A stretch of 64,000 nucleotides of DNA from an uncultured Gemmatimonadales bacterium (GCA_963831425.1 CAWHQC010000031.1:330199-394198), one strand, 5' to 3'; numbered from the stretch's first letter, positions 19,423-29,555 are shown. Made by a program: numbers and translations. Notes: generated by a model from the sequence alone, not told the origin.

Positions 19423-20909
19423 CCGCGCCGTCCCTTCTCGCGCTCCGTGGCATCAGCAAGCGATTCGGCTCCGTGCAGGCACTGCGCGGGGCCGATTTCA
19501 CGCTGATGCCCGGCGAGCTGCACGCGCTGCTGGGGGAGAACGGAGCGGGCAAGACCACCCTCATGCATGTGGCGTACGGGCTCGTGCGGCCGGATGCCGG
19601 CCAGGTGGAGATCGAGGGGACGCGGCGCGCGATTGCCTCGCCCCGGGCGGCCCGCGCCCTCGGGATCGGCATGGTGCACCAGCACTTCACCTCGCTTGCG
19701 GCCCTGTCTGTCGCGGAGAACGTGGCGCTCGCGTCTGGATGGCTGGTGCGCCCACGCGAGCTGCGCAAGCGTGTGCGGGAGCTGAGCGAGCGTCTGGGTC
19801 TGCCGCTCGATCCGCACGCCCGGGCCGGCGACCTCAGCGTCGCGCTCAAGCAGCGGCTCGAGATCGTAAAGGCGCTGGCGTCCGACGCGCGCATTCTGCT
19901 CCTGGACGAGCCCACGGCGGTGCTGGCGCCGGCGGAAGCAGATGAATTGCTCCGCGTCGTCCACGCGTTCACCACAAGCGGCGGCGCGGCGGTGCTCATC
20001 ACCCACAAGCTTGACGAGGCCCTCGGTGCGGCGGATCGGGTGACGGTGCTGCGGCAGGGTGAGGTCGCGTTCACGGGTTCGGTGGCGGGGCAGACGGCGG
20101 CCACGCTGGCCGGAGCCATGATCGGTGATGGAGGCGATCACTCTCCTGCCACTCGCCCCGTGGCCGTATCACGGGCACGCCGGGGAGCGCTCCCCACCGC
20201 AGGGCCGCCCCTGGTGTGGCTGGAAGATGTCGAGCTCCCGCGCGACGGGAGCGAGAGCATTGCCATGCGGCATGCTTCGCTGAGTGTCGGTGCCGGCGAG
20301 ATCGTGGGGATCGCGGGGGTCGAAGGGAGCGGCCAGCGCGAGCTGCTCCGCGCGGTGGCCGGGCGCCTCGCGCCCCTCGGCGGCAAGCTCTCGGTCGCGG
20401 GTCCGATCGGGTACGTGCCGGAAGACCGCTCGACCGAAGGGCTCATCCTCGAGCTCACACTGACCGAAAACGTGGTGCTCGGTTCGCGAACCGACGAGCC
20501 GTGGCTGCGGCGCGGCCGCATTGACTGGGGCGTCGCGCGCTCCCGGACCGAGGCGATGATCCGGGAGTTCGGGATCATGGCGCCTGGGCCCGACGCGCGT
20601 ACCTCGGCGCTGAGCGGCGGGAATCAGCAGAAGCTGCTGGTGGCGAGGGAGCTCGCCGGCGCGCCGCTCGTGGTCGTCGTGGAGAACCCCACCCGCGGGC
20701 TCGACATCCGCGCGGCGGAGCTCATCCACCGACGCCTCCGGGCGGCCGCAGCCGACGGGGCGGCCGTGCTGGTGTACTCGAGCGACCTGGACGAGGTGCT
20801 CTCGCTGGCACACCGGGTGCTCGTGGCTGCGCGCGGCGTGCTGATCGACGTGCCCCCGGCCGCCACGCGGGCACGCGTCGGCGAGCTCATGGTGACGGGT
20901 GGGCGCTAG
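19419..20909 (+). CDS. ABC transporter ATP-binding protein with duplicated ATPase domains (BMP/sugar-type importer)
   Basis: GTG 19419 overlaps the Nif3 stop (GTGA). Contains GENGAGKTT, LLLDEPTA, LSGGNQQK and a second Walker set. Confidence 0.85.
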   Translation: MTAPSLLALRGISKRFGSVQALRGADFTLMPGELHALLGENGAGKTTLMHVAYGLVRPDAGQVEIEGTRRAIASPRAARALGIGMVHQHFTSLAALSVAENVALASGWLVRPRELRKRVRELSERLGLPLDPHARAGDLSVALKQRLEIVKALASDARILLLDEPTAVLAPAEADELLRVVHAFTTSGGAAVLITHKLDEALGAADRVTVLRQGEVAFTGSVAGQTAATLAGAMIGDGGDHSPATRPVAVSRARRGALPTAGPPLVWLEDVELPRDGSESIAMRHASLSVGAGEIVGIAGVEGSGQRELLRAVAGRLAPLGGKLSVAGPIGYVPEDRSTEGLILELTLTENVVLGSRTDEPWLRRGRIDWGVARSRTEAMIREFGIMAPGPDARTSALSGGNQQKLLVARELAGAPLVVVVENPTRGLDIRAAELIHRRLRAAAADGAAVLVYSSDLDEVLSLAHRVLVAARGVLIDVPPAATRARVGELMVTGGR

Positions 20910-21921
20910 AACGGGGGCCATTGCCCTGGTGATCGGTCTCGCCGTGCTCGCGGCGGGATTGCAGGCCGCCGGGTACGACGCGGCGGCGGCGCTCGCGGCG
21001 CTATGGCAAGGGGCGGCGGGCTCCTGGTATGCGCTCACCTCCGCCACGCTCGTCCGCACCGTCCCGCTCGTGGTCATCGGCCTCGGGATCGCGCTCGCGT
21101 TCCGGGGCGGCGCATTCAACATCGGGGCGGAGGGCCAGTTCTACGCCGGGGCCATCGCCGCGACATGGGTGGGGCTGCACGTCGGCGGGCAGCCCGCGGT
21201 GCTGGCGGTGGGTCTGGTGCTCGTCACGGCCACGCTGGCGGGCGCCGTGTGGATCCTCCTGCCGGTGTGGCTCAAGCTGCGGTTCGGCGTCCTGGAGGTG
21301 ATCAGCACGCTCCTGCTCAGCTTCGTCGCCGTGTCGCTCGTCAGCCTCATGGTACAGGGACCGCTGCAGGAGGCACAGCACATCTACCCGCAGAGCGATG
21401 AGATCGCCGGTGCCGCGCGCCTGCCGCTGCTGCCCGGCACCAGGCTGCACGCGGGGATCGTGCTGGCCGTGATCGCCGCGGTGGCGCTCTGGTACCTCTT
21501 CAATCGTACGCTGTGGGGATTCCGGCTCAAGGCGGTCGGCCTGGGCCCCCGAGCGGCGGAGATCGGTGGACGCATCGACGCGCGCCGCATGGCCGCGCTC
21601 GCGCTCCTCGGCTCGGGAGCGCTCGCCGGACTCGCCGGCGGTCTCGAGGTCAGCGGCGTGTCCTACGCGCTCTACCAGAACCTCTCGCCAGGCTATGGCT
21701 TCACCGCGATCGCCGTTGCCCTGCTGGCGCGGCTCGATCCACTCGGCGTGCTCGTGACCGGCTTTCTCTTTGGGGCCCTCGAAGCCGGCGCCGGGGCCAT
21801 GCAGCGTGACGCCGGCGTACCGGCGGTGGCCGTCTACGTCGTCGAGGCGGTGGTGATCATCGTCGTGCTGCTGGCCGAGGCCGCGGCGCGCCGGACCATC
21901 GCGCTGCGGGCGGGGTCGTGA
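20899..21921 (+). CDS. ABC transporter permease (BMP-type importer)
   Basis: 340 aa and polytopic. Overlaps the ATPase stop. Confidence 0.8.
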   Translation: MGARTGAIALVIGLAVLAAGLQAAGYDAAAALAALWQGAAGSWYALTSATLVRTVPLVVIGLGIALAFRGGAFNIGAEGQFYAGAIAATWVGLHVGGQPAVLAVGLVLVTATLAGAVWILLPVWLKLRFGVLEVISTLLLSFVAVSLVSLMVQGPLQEAQHIYPQSDEIAGAARLPLLPGTRLHAGIVLAVIAAVALWYLFNRTLWGFRLKAVGLGPRAAEIGGRIDARRMAALALLGSGALAGLAGGLEVSGVSYALYQNLSPGYGFTAIAVALLARLDPLGVLVTGFLFGALEAGAGAMQRDAGVPAVAVYVVEAVVIIVVLLAEAAARRTIALRAGS

Positions 21922-22830
21922 TCGAGTCGGCGATCGCGAGCGGATTCCTGGCGGCGGCGGTGCGGGTGGCGACGCCGCTGCTCCTGGCGGCCACCGGAGA
22001 GACTGTGGCCGAGCGGGCCGGGGTGATCAACCTCGGGCTCGAGGGCATGATGCTGTCGGGTGCGCTCGCCGCCACGCTCGGCGCCAGCGCGGCCGGGCCG
22101 TGGGCTGGTGTTGCGGCGGCCGTCGTGGTGGGGATGGCACTCGCGGCGGTGTTCGCGGCTGTGGCGATCGGCGCGGGCGCCGACCAGATCATCGCGGGGA
22201 CCGCGATTTCGCTCGGAGCCGTCGGCCTCACCGGGACGATCTATCGCCAGGCGTACGGGGCGGCCGGGGCGGGTCTCGCGCTCCCGACACTCGCCGCGAT
22301 CCCGCTCCCCGGGCTTTCGCGCATCCCGCTTCTCGGACCCGCGCTGTTCGACCAGCCCGCGCCGACGTATCTGGCGTTCATGGCATTGCCGTTCGTCTGG
22401 TGGGTCCTCTTCCGTACGCGCCTGGGACTCTCGCTCCGGGCCACCGGGGAGGGTGCCGCGCTCGCGCGCGCCGCCGGGGTGCGCACGCGCGGTCGTAAGA
22501 ACGGGAGCGACCATCGTGGGCGGCGGCTTCGGTGGCCTGGCGGGGGCCACACTGGTCCTGGCGCAGGTGGGCACCTTCGCCGAGCAGATGACGGCGGGGC
22601 GCGGCTACGTAGCGATTGCCATCGTGGTGCTCGGTCGCTGGCATCCGGTGGGGGTGCTGGTGGCGTCGCTCCTTTTCGGAGCGGCCACGGCGCTGCAGTA
22701 CGTGTTCCAGTCGCTCGGGCTGGCGGTGCCGTACCAACTGTTCCTGATGCTGCCCTATCTGCTGACGCTGCTCGCGCTGGCCGGAGCGGTGGGGCGGGTG
22801 CGGGCGCCGGAGGATCTGGGGAGGGGGTAG
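21918..22830 (+). pseudogene. ABC transporter permease, second subunit; one frameshift as assembled
   Basis: The N-terminal part is ORF 21918.. and the C-terminal part is ORF 22060..22830 (GGGFGGLAGATLVLAQ). Frame switch near 22490. Confidence 0.8.
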
Positions 22831-22843
22831 CGGACTCCGGGGC

Positions 22844-23608
22844 TCACTCCGGCGGCCGACCTCCCGGCGCACTCGCGATCTCCCCCCGGGTTCGGACGAT
22901 CAGGTCGCGCACCCGCTCCCTGAGCGCCGGCACATCCGCCGGCGTAAGACCGGTGGTCTCCACCGGCTCGAGCACCCGCACCTCGGCCCTCGAGCGGGCG
23001 AAGCGCCAATCGTGCTTGGGGAGCGCCGTCGCAGTACCGTGCACCACGAGCGGGAGGATCGGCACGCTCGCATCGATGGCCAGGCGGAAGGCGCCGTCCT
23101 TGAATGGAAGGAGATCGGCGGTCGTGGACCGTGTCCCCTCGGGGAAGATCATCACCGATACCCGGTTCGCCAGCACCTCGCGGCACCTGGCCATCGCATC
23201 CACCGCGCTCGGACCGACGCCGCGCTTCACCGGAATGTCACCCGCGAGCCGCATGAGCCATCCGAGTACCGGCACGCGGAACAGCTCCGCCTTGGACAGC
23301 CACTTCATTTCCCAGGGCAGGTGGCTGATGAGGAGGATATCCACGAACGACTCGTGGTTGGAGACCACCACGTAGGGATGCCGCGGGTCGGCCGGCATGG
23401 TGCCGGTGCAGCGGAAGCGCCACAGCGGATTGACCGCCGCCACGATCACCGGGATCTGCCGGAACAGGTAGCCGACGGCGTAATGGCCTCGGTCGAACGG
23501 CGCCGTGGCCAGGCGGAGCAGGGCCATGAGCGGCAGCCAAATCAGGGTGCACACCACGAGCACGAGCCAGACCCAGATCGACACGATGGTTTGCCAGGCT
23601 CGCGACAT
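22844..23608 (-). CDS. plsC: 1-acyl-sn-glycerol-3-phosphate acyltransferase
   Basis: NHESFVD (NHxxxxD) and FPEGTR motifs. ATG 23608 is preferred because of a GGGAGA sequence upstream. The longer start at 23644 is possible. Confidence 0.85.
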   Translation of the reverse strand: MSRAWQTIVSIWVWLVLVVCTLIWLPLMALLRLATAPFDRGHYAVGYLFRQIPVIVAAVNPLWRFRCTGTMPADPRHPYVVVSNHESFVDILLISHLPWEMKWLSKAELFRVPVLGWLMRLAGDIPVKRGVGPSAVDAMARCREVLANRVSVMIFPEGTRSTTADLLPFKDGAFRLAIDASVPILPLVVHGTATALPKHDWRFARSRAEVRVLEPVETTGLTPADVPALRERVRDLIVRTRGEIASAPGGRPPE

Positions 23609-23678
23609 GGTTCTCCCAGCCAGGGCTCCGGTGTGCTGGCGCACAGCCGAGTGGGCGTCCGCCGCGTAACCTTAGCCC

Positions 23679-24902
23679 GTGCCGGGATGGACAGACAAGG
23701 GCGATTCCCTCGATTCGAGTCAGCGCATGGTCACTCGCAGCACCGAAGATTCGGCGCCGGGCGAGGCGTTGCGGCCGGACGTGCCGGTTCCGGGCGGGCC
23801 ACCGGCGGAAGGCGGCGCGGTGGAGCAACCGGACCTCCGAAAGCTCGGTGAGGCGCTTCGCGACCACGTCGAGGTGCGCTCGATCGCCATCACCGGGCTG
23901 CTCGTGCTCGCGGTTCTGTACACGCTCTATTTTGCACGGGCGTTTCTCCTGCCCATCGTGCTCGCCATCCTGCTCGATTTTCTGCTCAGCCCGATCATTC
24001 GCCTGCTCAAGCGAGTCCGGATTCCCGAGCCCCTCGGCGCCGCACTGGTAGTCCTGGTGCTGCTGGGCGCGTTGGGCGCGGGGGTCTACAGCCTGGCCGA
24101 GCCCGCCCGGGACTGGATGGGACGGGCGCCGGAGAGCATCGCCCGTGTGCAGTCACGGCTCAAGGTGCTCCGGCGACCCGTGGAGCAGGTCACCCGAACC
24201 GCAGAGCAGGTCGAAGCGGCGACACAGGTGGAGAAGGGCGGTCCGCAGGAGGTGGTCGTGCGAGGGCCGAGGCTCAGCGAGCGGCTCTTCGGCACCACGC
24301 AGAGCCTGCTCACGGGAGCGATGGAAACCGTCATCCTGCTGTATTTCCTCCTGGCCGCGGGCGACCTCTTCCTGCAGAAGCTGATCAAGGTGCTGCCGCT
24401 GCTGCGGGACAAGAAGAAGGCGGTGGCGATCGCACGGGAAACGGAGGCCTCGATCTCCACCTATCTCTTCACCGTCGCGCTCGTCAACCTCGGGCTCGGT
24501 ATCGTGGTGACGCTGGTGATGACGCTGATCGGGATGCCGAATGCGGTGCTCTGGGGATCCCTGGCCGCGCTGGCGGAGTTCGTCCCGTACGTCGGCGCCA
24601 CGGTCATGATCGCGTTGCTGACGATGGCCGGCCTGGTCAATTTCCAGAGCGTCGGGCATGCCCTGCTGGTGCCGGGGGCCTACCTGGCCGTGAACCTGAT
24701 CCAGGCCAACCTCATCTCACCGATGGTGCTCGGGCGCCGGCTCACGCTCAATCCGGTGGCGATTCTGGTGGGTCTCGTCTTCTGGTGGTGGCTCTGGGGC
24801 GTGGGCGGGGCGTTCATCGCGGTGCCGCTGCTCGCCACGCTCAAGATCTTCTGCGACCACATCGAGTCGCTGTCGCCCATCGGGGAGTTTCTCGGCAAGT
24901 GA
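23679..24902 (+). CDS. AI-2E family transporter (PerM/YhhT-like)
   Basis: Polytopic, with a family-typical N-terminal TM pair and a C-terminal GAFIAVPL block. The start is uncertain (GTG 23679 or ATG 23727). Confidence 0.8.
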   Translation: MPGWTDKGDSLDSSQRMVTRSTEDSAPGEALRPDVPVPGGPPAEGGAVEQPDLRKLGEALRDHVEVRSIAITGLLVLAVLYTLYFARAFLLPIVLAILLDFLLSPIIRLLKRVRIPEPLGAALVVLVLLGALGAGVYSLAEPARDWMGRAPESIARVQSRLKVLRRPVEQVTRTAEQVEAATQVEKGGPQEVVVRGPRLSERLFGTTQSLLTGAMETVILLYFLLAAGDLFLQKLIKVLPLLRDKKKAVAIARETEASISTYLFTVALVNLGLGIVVTLVMTLIGMPNAVLWGSLAALAEFVPYVGATVMIALLTMAGLVNFQSVGHALLVPGAYLAVNLIQANLISPMVLGRRLTLNPVAILVGLVFWWWLWGVGGAFIAVPLLATLKIFCDHIESLSPIGEFLGK

Positions 24903-24918
24903 GCGCGTCGAGGGATCG

Positions 24919-25392
24919 GTGGACCGGCTGACGGCGCAGGAGTGCGCCCGGCTCGGCGACCTGGTGGCGGGGGTGGACTGCGGTCGCGTGCGGCTGCACC
25001 GTGCCAGCCGTCCGGGGGTCGCCGGCGCGCTCCGCCGAGCCGTGCTCTGGGCCAGCCGAGGCCGCGCCGTCGCGCTCGGCAACCACGTCTTCCTGCCCGA
25101 CCGCCGTGCCGGGGACCTGGCGATCCTGGCGCACGAGCTCACCCACTGCGGACAGTACCAGGCGTGGGGGCGATGGCGGTATTTCAGCCGCGGCGCCGCC
25201 GCACAGATCCAGGACCTGCTCCACCGCACGCTCGGCATCGGAGCGAGCCCGTACAGCTACCGGCTGGAGGCGGGGAAGCCGTTCGAGGCCTACGGCATGG
25301 AGCAGCAGAGCCAGATCGTGGAGGACTCGTACCGCGGCGACCGGGCGGCGCTCGGGGTGTCACCGTACCGCCCGCCCCCGAACTCGGCCTGA
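24919..25392 (+). CDS. DUF4157 domain protein (HExxH metallopeptidase-like)
   Basis: 157 aa with ALGNHVFL and LAHELTHCGQYQ, typical of DUF4157. Confidence 0.65.
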   Translation: MDRLTAQECARLGDLVAGVDCGRVRLHRASRPGVAGALRRAVLWASRGRAVALGNHVFLPDRRAGDLAILAHELTHCGQYQAWGRWRYFSRGAAAQIQDLLHRTLGIGASPYSYRLEAGKPFEAYGMEQQSQIVEDSYRGDRAALGVSPYRPPPNSA

Positions 25393-25398
25393 GGCTTC

Positions 25399-25806
25399 TC
25401 AGGGCGTCCCGTCGGCCTGGTCCCGCGGCGAGTGCTCCGCATCTTCCGGCAGTCGATCCTCCCACAGCGCGAGCACGTTGCCGTCCGGGTCTGCCACCAT
25501 CGCCATGATGCCCCACGCCTGCTGGGTGGGCTCGGTGATGAAGCGCACGCCGCGCTGGTGGAGCTCACCGCAGTAGTGGAGCAGATCCGGCACGAACAGC
25601 GTGATCCCGGTGTGCCGGCCCACCAGCGCGCGTGCGTCCGGATGGACGGCCGGGTGTACGCCGATACGGGTTCCCTCACCGAAGAATTCCGCGCCGAACG
25701 ACCCCTGCCGGGCCAGCGGCAACGCCAGCTTCTCGCCGTAGAACTCGAGCGCCTGACCGAGGTCGTTCACGAAGATGGCGATACTGTACACCGCGGGCGC
25801 GGTCAC
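25399..25806 (-). CDS. VOC (glyoxalase/bleomycin-resistance) family protein
   Basis: GTG 25806 overlaps the upstream stop (GTGA). The VOC fold pattern includes IFVNDL and ADPDGNVLALWE. Confidence 0.75.
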   Translation of the reverse strand: MTAPAVYSIAIFVNDLGQALEFYGEKLALPLARQGSFGAEFFGEGTRIGVHPAVHPDARALVGRHTGITLFVPDLLHYCGELHQRGVRFITEPTQQAWGIMAMVADPDGNVLALWEDRLPEDAEHSPRDQADGTP

Positions 25807-26324
25807 TGGAACAGCCCCGAGCGGAGCTGTGCGGACATCAGCCGGACGAGCAGGACGGACAGTGCGATCGCGCCGGCAGTCACCACGACGATCCCCAGAA
25901 TGACGACCCACAGCAGGCGGCGGCTGGAACGCTTGACCTCGCCGGGCTGCTGGGCGAACCCGTCGAGCAGCGCCAGATTCCGCAGGTTGGATTTGAAGCC
26001 GAGGTCGAACAGATCGCCGAGGAGCGGTACTTCGCCCACGAGCGTATCGAGCGCCACGTTCCAGCCCATGCGCGCCAGGACCGAGCGGGGCACGCCCATC
26101 CGGTGCGCCTCGACGAGGATGTACAGCGAGAGCAGACCGCCCGCGAGGTCGCCGATCCCCGGCACCAGGCCGATCAGGGAATCCAGCCCCACGCGGAACC
26201 GGGTGCCCGGGATGGCGATGGCATTGTCCAGCAGGTAGCCGACCCGGCGAAGGCGCTCGACCCGCCGGGGATCGATGGTGCCCACCTCGGGGACGATCGC
26301 GGGAACGGCCGGAAGTCGATCCAT
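25803..26324 (-). CDS. DUF4112 membrane protein
   Basis: Starts at ATG 26324. Contains LLDNAIAIPGTRFRVGLDSLIGLVPGIGD, the DUF4112 hallmark. Confidence 0.7.
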   Translation of the reverse strand: MDRLPAVPAIVPEVGTIDPRRVERLRRVGYLLDNAIAIPGTRFRVGLDSLIGLVPGIGDLAGGLLSLYILVEAHRMGVPRSVLARMGWNVALDTLVGEVPLLGDLFDLGFKSNLRNLALLDGFAQQPGEVKRSSRRLLWVVILGIVVVTAGAIALSVLLVRLMSAQLRSGLFQ

Positions 26325-26374
26325 GGGGGTGAAAGCTACACCTATGCCGATGATCGGAGCGTGGCAGCCGCCCG

Positions 26375-26599
26375 CTAGAACATGCGGCGCACGATGTACA
26401 ACAGCAGGCTCAACACCACCGATACGATCAGCATGCTCACGATCGGGATGTACACCCGCGCCGACTCCCGCTCGATCCTGATATCGCCCGGCAGCCGGCC
26501 GAACCAGGCGAGGGCGCCCGACCACACCAGCAGCCCCACGAGCGCGAGGACGAGTCCCAGGCCCACCAGCAGCGGTCCGAGCGATTCCTGCGGAGTCAT
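26375..26599 (-). CDS. DUF2905 small membrane protein
   Basis: 74 aa with two TM segments and the GRLPGDI motif. The start overlaps the dinB-family stop (ATGA). Confidence 0.7.
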   Translation of the reverse strand: MTPQESLGPLLVGLGLVLALVGLLVWSGALAWFGRLPGDIRIERESARVYIPIVSMLIVSVVLSLLLYIVRRMF

Positions 26600-27066
26600 T
26601 CGATCAGGCCCGACCGCACCGCGTGAATGAAATCGGTATACGCGGGGGTGCCGCCCGCCTCGCGAACCGCGGCGGCGATTTGACCGCGGTGGTAGGTGGA
26701 ATGGAGCACCACGTGGGTGAGGATGTCCCCGACGGTGCTGGTCCAGAACTGGCCGAGACTGTTGCGGTAGGCCACGCCATCCTCGAGATCCTCGTCGGCC
26801 AGGGATTCGAGGCAGCGCCCCCATTCCCCCTGCAACTCGGTGATCTCCTGGGCACAGGCCTCCGGATCGAGATCCGGCCAGACCGGCAGCGACGAGGGCT
26901 CCTGCCGCAGCCGGGCCAGCCAGATTCGCTCGGACGCCACGATGTGGGCCATGCATCTCTCCGCCCTGGGCGGCGTGGGCCCCTCGCGGAGCGAGACCAG
27001 TGCGGCCGCGTTGGCCCATCCATCGTGCTCGAACAGGCGACGAAACCGTCGGAGCTCCGCGCTCAT
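26596..27066 (-). CDS. DinB-family (DinB_2) metal-dependent four-helix bundle protein
   Basis: 156 aa with HIVASERIWL and LHSTYHRGQI. The start overlaps the queG stop (ATGA). Confidence 0.75.
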   Translation of the reverse strand: MSAELRRFRRLFEHDGWANAAALVSLREGPTPPRAERCMAHIVASERIWLARLRQEPSSLPVWPDLDPEACAQEITELQGEWGRCLESLADEDLEDGVAYRNSLGQFWTSTVGDILTHVVLHSTYHRGQIAAAVREAGGTPAYTDFIHAVRSGLIE

Positions 27067-28004
27067 GAGTCCCGTTCGCAGCGTTGGACCGACGCGAGGG
27101 CCGCCCGGACGTTCCGGCGCATACCGGCGAGGCCGGGTCGTTCGAACGCGGTGCCCCCGTAGCGCTGCCGGAACTCGGCTTCGTCCATGCCGTCGAAGAA
27201 CCCCTCGTCAACGCCCGCCAGCGAGTGCCGCGGGCGCAGCTCGGCCACGGTTGTCGGGTGGGCGAACCGCTGGTTCCAGGGACATACATCGTTGCAGATG
27301 TCGCAGCCGAAGGCGAACCCCTCCATGCGCTCGACGAGCGGCTCCGGAATCGGCCCGCGCTGCTCGATCGTGAGATAGGAGATGCAGCGAGTCGCGTCGA
27401 GCACGTGCGGCTCGACGAAGGCCCCGGTGGGACAGGCGTCCAGGCAGCGGGTGCAGGTGCCGCAGTGGTCGGCCGTGAACGGAGCGTCCGACTCGAGCGG
27501 CAGGTCCGTGAAGATCGACCCGATGAAGAAATACGAGCCCACGCCAGGGCGGATGAGCATCGTGTTCTTCCCGATCCAGCCGAGGCCGGCGCGCCGGGCC
27601 AGCTCGCGCTCGGGGATCGGGCCCGCATCGACGTACGGCCGTGCCACGCGGGCGCCGTGCTCCAGCAGCAACGTGGCCAGCGTCTGCAGCCGCCGCATGG
27701 TGACGTGGTGGTAATCCTCCCCCCGGGCGTATCTGGCGACTCGTGGTGGCTCGAGGGTGTCGGTGTCGTCTGGCGAGTAATAGTTCTCCAGCACGACCAC
27801 GACGGCGAGCGATTCGGGCACACTGAGGCGCGGGTCTTTCCGGCGCCTGGCCTGACGGTGGAGGTACCGCATCGTGCCGGCGTAGCCCTTGGCAAGCCAC
27901 GCATCCAGCCGGTCGGCATGCGGCGGCGGCCCCGGATCAGTGATGCCGCACGCCAGGAAGCCGAGCGCCTCGGCCCGCGCCTTGATGTCGGCCGCGAGAT
28001 TCAT
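27063..28004 (-). CDS. queG: Epoxyqueuosine reductase
   Basis: 313 aa with CGTCTRCLDACPT and CDICNDVCPWN ferredoxin-type motifs, and the GWIGKNT block. Confidence 0.9.
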   Translation of the reverse strand: MNLAADIKARAEALGFLACGITDPGPPPHADRLDAWLAKGYAGTMRYLHRQARRRKDPRLSVPESLAVVVVLENYYSPDDTDTLEPPRVARYARGEDYHHVTMRRLQTLATLLLEHGARVARPYVDAGPIPERELARRAGLGWIGKNTMLIRPGVGSYFFIGSIFTDLPLESDAPFTADHCGTCTRCLDACPTGAFVEPHVLDATRCISYLTIEQRGPIPEPLVERMEGFAFGCDICNDVCPWNQRFAHPTTVAELRPRHSLAGVDEGFFDGMDEAEFRQRYGGTAFERPGLAGMRRNVRAALASVQRCERDS

Positions 28005-29276
28005 GACGACGCGCGGCGGCGGGCGGCCGGACTTCTTCCGTGATCAGTCGCGCTCCCCGACGGTAGGTGACGTAGGACCACGCCCACTGCAGCAGCACCA
28101 TTACCCGGTTGCGGAAGCCGATAAGAAAGAAGACGTGCACGAAGATCCAGACGAGCCAGGCCAGAAAGCCGCCGAAGTGGAGCTTCCAGATATCCGCCAC
28201 CGCACGTCCGCGGCCGATGACCGCGAGCTGCCCCTTGTCCCAGTAGCTGAAGGCGCGCCGCGGGCGTCCGGCAAGGTCGCCCTCGATGGTTCGCGCGGCG
28301 TATTCGCCCATCTGGATGGCGACGGGAGAGATGCCGGGGAGCGTCCCGCCACCCGGCTGTTCGAAGTGGGCGGCATCGCCCAGGACGAACACCTCGGGGT
28401 GCCCCGGAATGGTGCAATCCGGCTCGACGATGGCACGCCCCATCCGGTCGAGCGGCGTGCCCAGGCTCTTGAGCAGCGGGCTCGCGGTGTTGCCGGCGGC
28501 CCAGACGACCGTCTGCGTGGGGATCGTCCAGCCCGCGGCGCACACCCATCCCGGGCGGATGTCGGTCACGAGCGTTTCGGTGCGTACCTCGACGCCCAAC
28601 CGCCGCAGCTCGCGCTTGGCCTCGGTGCTCAGGCTTTCGGGTAGGAGGGCAGGAGGCGTGGGCCGCCCTCGAGCAGCATGACCGTGGCCTCCGCGGGGTC
28701 GATGTGGCGGAAGTCGCGGCGCAGCGCGTAGCGCCGGATCTCGGCGACGGCACCGGCCATCTCGACGCCGGTCGGCCCGCCGCCCACGATGACGAAGGTG
28801 AGAAAGGCGTGGCGGCGAACCGGATCCTTCTCCCGCTCGGCGCGCTCGAAGGCGAGGAGCACGCGGCGGCGGATCTCGAGCGCGTCCTCGAGGCTCTTGA
28901 GCCCCGGAGCGAGCGGCTCCCATTCGTCACGGCCGAAATACGAGTGCCGCGCCCCCGTTCCGACGATCAGGTAATCATAGGCGATGGGCGTGCCATCGCC
29001 GAGGCGCACCTCGCGCCGCGCGACATCGATGGCCTCGGCCTCGGCGAGCAGCACCTCGGTGTTGTCGGATTCGCGTAGGATGGACCGGATCGGCGAGGCG
29101 ATGTCGCTCGGGTTCAGCCCGGCGGTCGCCACCTGATAGAGCATGGGCTGGAACAGATGATGGTTGCGGCGGTCCAGGACCGTCACCTGCACGGGCGCCC
29201 TTCGGAGCGCCTTGGCCGCGTAGATGCCCGCGAATCCGCCGCCGAGAATCAGCACGTGCGGTGGGCGCACGCTCAC
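28001..29276 (-). pseudogene. ndh: Type II NADH dehydrogenase (NDH-2); about two frameshifts as assembled
   Basis: GTG 29276 opens VLILGGGFAGIYAA, and a second dinucleotide fold reads FVIVGGGPTGVEMAG. Frame switch near 28640. The C-terminal RGARLIT block is present, and the probable true stop at 28001 overlaps the queG ATG. Confidence 0.8.
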
Positions 29277-29527
29277 AGCCCCATCGTCTCGCGCCGCCAC
29301 CGCGCGAAGCGGATGACGTCGCGGGCCGGTGGCACCGCCGCTTCGTCGGCGTAGGCGGTATACATTCGCCAGCGCAGGTACTCCCGGTCGGGCACCGGGA
29401 GGAACGGCGGCCGAGACCACCACCGGCGGCGGCGGAAGGCCCAGGCGGTCCTGAGGAGGTCCATCCCGAGCCGCGGGTTGATGAGACCGCGGCTCAGGAG
29501 CCGGAGCGTCAGGGAGGTCCACGACAT
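29273..29527 (-). CDS. Hypothetical protein (84 aa), translationally coupled to ndh
   Basis: ORF track entry. The stop overlaps the ndh GTG (GTGA). Arg/Trp-rich. No family recognised. Confidence 0.4.
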   Translation of the reverse strand: MSWTSLTLRLLSRGLINPRLGMDLLRTAWAFRRRRWWSRPPFLPVPDREYLRWRMYTAYADEAAVPPARDVIRFARWRRETMGL

Positions 29528-29555
29528 GGGCGAAGTATAGCTCTCAACCTATATT

